Positions 59,606-64,000 of a stretch of 64,000 bases of DNA are shown one piece after another (positions within the stretch are counted from its first letter, which is position 1; each line of letters starts with the position of its first letter). Location of the stretch: assembly GCF_035084215.1 (NCBI RefSeq), contig NC_090336.1:40486001-40550000 (forward strand). The letters run 5' to 3'. The position numbers and the translations under genes are program-made. The notes beneath the pieces were generated by a model. That model saw only the letters and a list, made by a program, of their open reading frames with translations, made no database searches and had not been told where the DNA came from. This DNA comes from Heptranchias perlo. Lineage: Eukaryota.

Positions 59606-60309
59606 AGGGAGTCATGACCAAGTGTAGTCTTCACGTGAAGTGTGGTTGGAGTGCAGGGAATAATTGGACTAGTGTACGCAGATGTAATTCAGTCCCCATT
59701 TTAAAGTCATACATTCTGTCCTTATTTTAATAGGATATTGATTTTATATTATTCATTGTTAAATAGCAAGACTGATTGCAACTTGGGAAGCAGTACGTTG
59801 GAGCATGGGAATCTTTCTGCAGTACAAGCTGAGGAGCTGGAAAACACAAAACTGAAGCTCTAAAGTATCATTTACAGCATGACAAATTTACATAGGCAGT
59901 TCCCATTATAAATAGGGGTTTATAATGGGAATCAGTTGACACAAAAGTGTGCCAAAAATGATATAACAGAAAATATGGTTTTGTAGACAGGAAGTGTATG
60001 TAGATGTAAGATTTTTAACGTATAGATTACACTAACTGTGGCGAGCTTCAGTGTAAAAATTATGCTGATTCACTAGGATGTTACCAGGAATGAATGGGTT
60101 ACAGTTTTAAAGAGAGACTTGAGAAGTTAAGCCTTTTTTCACTGGAGCTGAGAAAGTTTAGGGGTAACGTAATCATGTCTTCAAGATTATGATGGGATAA
60201 ATAATTAGTGATCCATTGTTTCCATTAATTGGCAAAGTGTTATTGAGAGGACACAAATTTATGCTAATCACAAAAAGAATTAAAGGGGAGGTTAGAAAAA
60301 AATGAGAGT

Positions 60310-61330
60310 GTACGGAATTGGAGGTAACCTTGTGACATGGGTCAGTAATTGGTTGAGAAATAGGAGACAGGGACTAGGGATAAAAGGTTCGTTCTCTGAT
60401 TGGTAGGATCTAACAAGTGGTATTCTCCAGGGATTGGTACTGAGGCCTCAGTTTTTCAACATGTATATTAATGACTTAGATGAAGGAATAGAGAGTTATA
60501 TATCTAAGTTTGCAGATAACACTAAGTTAGAAGGCACAGTAAGCTGTGTGGATGGGAGCATGAAGTTACAAAGGGACATAGACAGACTAAGTGAATGGGT
60601 AAAACTATGGCAGGGAGAGTTCAATGTGGGGAAGTGTGAGGCCATCCACTTTAGATCTGAAAAAGACAAATAGGAATATTTTCTTAATGGTGAGACCAGG
60701 AGTTGTGGAGGAACAGAAGCATTTAGGTATCCATGTGTGCAAATCACTAAAAACTAGTGCACAGGTACAAAAAGTAATCAAAAAGGCTAATGGAATGTTG
60801 GCCTTTTTCTCAAAGGGGTTGGAATTCAAAGGTGAGGCAGTGATGCTTCAGTTGTATAGATCCTTGGTCAGATCCCATCTGGAGTACTGCATTCAGTTTT
60901 GGGCACCGAACCTCAGGAAAGATATATTGGAAGGGATACAGCGCAGATTTACCAGAATGATACCAGGCTTAATGGGTTAAATTATGAGGACAGGTGGCAT
61001 AAACATGGTTTGTATTCCCTTAAGTTTGGAAGGTTGAGGGGTGATCTAATCAAGGTATTTAAAATAATAAAAGATTTGAAAGGGTAGATACGGAGAAACT
61101 ATTTCCTATGGCGGGGGAATCCAGAAGAAGAGGGCACAATCTGAAAATTAAAGCGAGGTCATTACACAAAGGGTAGTGGAAATCTGGAACTCTCTCCCGC
61201 AAAAGACTGTGGATGCTGAGTCAATTGAAATTTTTAAGACTGAGATTGATAGGCGGGTAAATGGAGTTGAAATTCAAATTAGATGTGATCTAATTGGATA
61301 AGGGGCTGAATGACCTACTTCTGTTCCTGT
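60310..61330 (+). mobile_element. CR1 RT and 3' fragment
   Basis: YINDLDEG...SKFADNTKL, LEYCIQFWAP; CR1 3' UTR. Confidence 0.88.
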
Positions 61331-61378
61331 GTTTACACAGAGGGTAATTACAATTTGGAATTCTTGTTCACAAAACTG

Positions 61379-62335
61379 TGTTTAACTAACTTGATAGAGT
61401 TTTTTGATGAGGTAACAGAGAGGGGCGTTGAGGGCAATGTGGTTGATGTGTATTTGGATTTTCAAAAGGCGTTTGATAAAGTGCCGCATAATAGGCTTGT
61501 CATCAAGATTGAAGCCCATGAAATAAAGGGGCCAAAGCAGCATAGATACAAAATTGGCTAAGTAACAGGAAGCAGAGAATAGTGGTGAACGGTTGTTTTT
61601 CAAATTGGAGGGAGGTGTACAGTGGTGCTCCCCGGGGTCGGTACTACGTCCACTGCTTTTCTTGAGATATATATTAATGACTTGGACTTGGGTGTACAGG
61701 GCACAATTTCAAAATTTGCAGATGACACAGAACTTGGAAGTGCAGTGAACAGTGAGGAGGATAGTGATAGATTTCAAGAGGATATAGACAGGCTGGTGGA
61801 ATGGGTGGACATGTGGCAGATGAAATTTAACGCAAAAGAATGCGAAGTGATACATTTCGGTAGGAAGAACGAGGAGAGGCAATATAAACTAGAGGGCACA
61901 ATTTTAAAAGGGGTACAGGGAACAGAGAGATCTGCGGGTATATGTGCACAAATCGTTGAAAGTGGCAGGGCAGATTGAGGAAGTGGTTATAAAAGCATAC
62001 GGGATCCTGGGCTTTATAAATATAGGCATAGAATACAAAAGCAAGGAAGCCATGATGAACCTTTATGAAACACTGGTTCGACCACAACTGGAGTTGTGTC
62101 CAGTTCTGGGCACCGCACTTTAGGAAAGATGTGAAGGCCTTAGAGAGGTGGTGAAGGCAGATTCAATTGTGGCTTCCAAAAGGTAACTGGATAAGTACTT
62201 GAAAGGAAAAAATTTGCAGGGCTACGGAGCTAGGGCGGGGAGTGGGACTAGCTGGATTGCTTTTGCAGAGCGAGCACGGACTCGATGGGCTGAATGGCTT
62301 CCTTCTGTGCTGTAACCTTTCTATGATTCTATGAT
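61379..62335 (+). mobile_element. CR1 RT and 3' fragment
   Basis: CLTNLIEFFDEVT, YLDFQKAFDKVPH, KFADDTEL; TTCTATGATTCTATGA tail. Confidence 0.88.
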
Positions 62336-62647
62336 TTTTGTTCGGTAAGAGTATCAAGGGTTATGGAACAAAAGCGGGTAAATGGAGTTGAGATTCAAAT
62401 CAGCTATGATCTAAGTGAATAGGCGGCTGAATGACCTACTTCTGTTCCTATGTTTACACAGAGGGTAATTACAATTTGGAATTCTTGTTCACAAACTGTT
62501 GAAGAAGAATTCATAAATGGTTTTAAAATTGAATTAGATAGTTGCTTGAAAAAGCAGAATATTGGAAATGTACAAAACCTGGCCAGCGGCTTAAGTTTTA
62601 AATGTTATGCACAATTAAAGGTAAATGGCTGCATATGGGGACATATA

Positions 62648-63425
62648 GGGCATGATTTTAAAAGGGAAGAACGTAGGTTGGGGGCGGGGTGGGGTGGGCA
62701 ATCAAAATCTCTGTTTTTGGGAGTGGGCAGACATCCTGGCTGGAACCCGCACATTTTTGAATGAGACTGAGGCAAATCTGTGTGCGTGCGTACAGCAGTC
62801 AGCAGGAAGTCCCGCCCCACTTAAATTGGGCGGGATGATAAAGGAGCAAATGTGAGGTATTTAAGGTAGTTTATTTTTTGTGTATTGGATAGTTAAAAAG
62901 ATTTTAACGTTACCTGGGTGGCTTTCCCATTGCTTCCCATTCATGCCTGGTAAAACCAGGCAGGAAGGGCCTGATCTGTGCAAAATAAACTAAATAAATA
63001 AATTACATTTCCCATGGCAAACAAATTAAATAAACATACCTTAAAAAACAATGATGCCTGGACACCCCCTTCCCACTCCAATCCCGATGTCCGATGTCCG
63101 TCCTCCGATCCCGATGTCCGATGTCCGCCCTCCGACCCCGATGTCCAATGTCTCCACTCTAATCCTTGTTCCCCCTTCCATCCTGCCATCTCTATCCTAA
63201 CTGTCGATGTGGTCTCTCTTTCTCCTCTCCTCCCCTCCCCTCCCAACCTCGGATGTGTAGCTCCTTTCGGCAGCCAGCCTGTTAATCAGGCTGGCTACCG
63301 AAAGGAGGAGGCTTTGATTGGCCTCATTAGGGTTGCGATCGCAACCGCCTACTTCCCTTCTGGGTTTGGTGCCTGCAAATCACCCCCCTCCCTGACTCCT
63401 CCTGCGGCATATTAAAATTGTGCTC
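62648..63425. mobile_element. MITE sharing TIRs with the 51.3-55.4 kb Harbinger
   Basis: GGGCATGATTTTAAAAGG ... TTAAAATTGTGCTC; TSD ATA; internal ~27-bp tandem repeat at ~63080-63150. Confidence 0.82.
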
Positions 63426-64000
63426 ATACAGTTTCAGTCCTTAGCAAGCTTTAAAATCAATGCTGGTTGACAAAAAACTCCTATGTACTATTCAGCTGTC
63501 ACTGCTGTCATAATACTATGAAATTTTCCTTTTCATTAAGCACATTGGCCAGGATTTTCTGCTTGTGCACTCCCCAGTCTGCAAAATTTGCTTATTCATT
63601 TTAATGGAAGGAAAATCCTGCCTACTTATTCCACTTCTGACGAGTAAAATTCTCATTTTTCGATACGATCGTGTAAGCTTCTCATTAATGGCCCTACGTG
63701 GACCTGGGCAATCAACTTTTCACTGATATTGGCTAATCCATTTCTGGAGTGGTCAGAGCAGCACTACATGTGGAGTAGTCCATTAACATTTTCCATTTAC
63801 ATTCTAACATTTATTCTTGTGTTTACTTTTTCACTAAAGTTAGCAAAGGCAGGCATTTCAGTCTTGACATTCAAATTCTGCTTGTCTCAAGGCATCACAT
63901 CTTCCAATTGCGCTTTGAAGGTGGAATGTAGTTTCACTATACAGATGTTAGTTGAACTCTGTTGTTATTGGATTACATCAAAGACACCACAATGTCATGT

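Noticed and set aside
1-64000. Relic RAG-transposon TIRs or functional RSSs flanking RAG1/RAG2
   Set aside because: The heptamers I checked by eye (18870, 41416, 42772) have no ACAAAAACC-like nonamer at the spacings examined, and others lie inside LINEs. A full RIC-score scan was not possible.

Overview
Vertebrate genomic DNA, almost certainly a cartilaginous fish (shark-type repeats: CR1, L2, tRNA/Deu-domain SINEs). It contains the complete RAG locus. RAG1 (+, 11695-14841, 1048 aa) and RAG2 (-, 30781-29222, 519 aa) are convergent, intronless in their coding regions, and about 14.4 kb apart stop to stop. The third gene of the locus, NWC/IFTAP (C11orf74), is also present: a CpG-island promoter with two inverted ZNF143-type sites (~35.2 kb) inside RAG2 intron 1, and a first coding exon at 57.5 kb. 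Candidate non-coding first exons and promoters are seen for RAG1 (~9.6-9.75 kb) and RAG2 (~41.5-41.7 kb). The remainder is repeats: CR1, L2 and other LINEs, SINEs, a ~1.1-kb G-rich minisatellite, a 4.1-kb degenerate two-gene PIF/Harbinger transposon and many Harbinger-type MITEs. The most notable signal is that this RAG1 has Ala next to the catalytic Glu (mouse S963 position), as invertebrate RAG-like transposases do. It occurs with a shortened RAG2 acidic hinge, extra CDK sites in the RAG2 tail and an apparently bidirectional housekeeping promoter in the RAG2 intron. Together these suggest, as a hypothesis only, a less tightly coupled recombinase with possible non-lymphoid or germline access. 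All homology statements are from recalled sequences; no searches were run.
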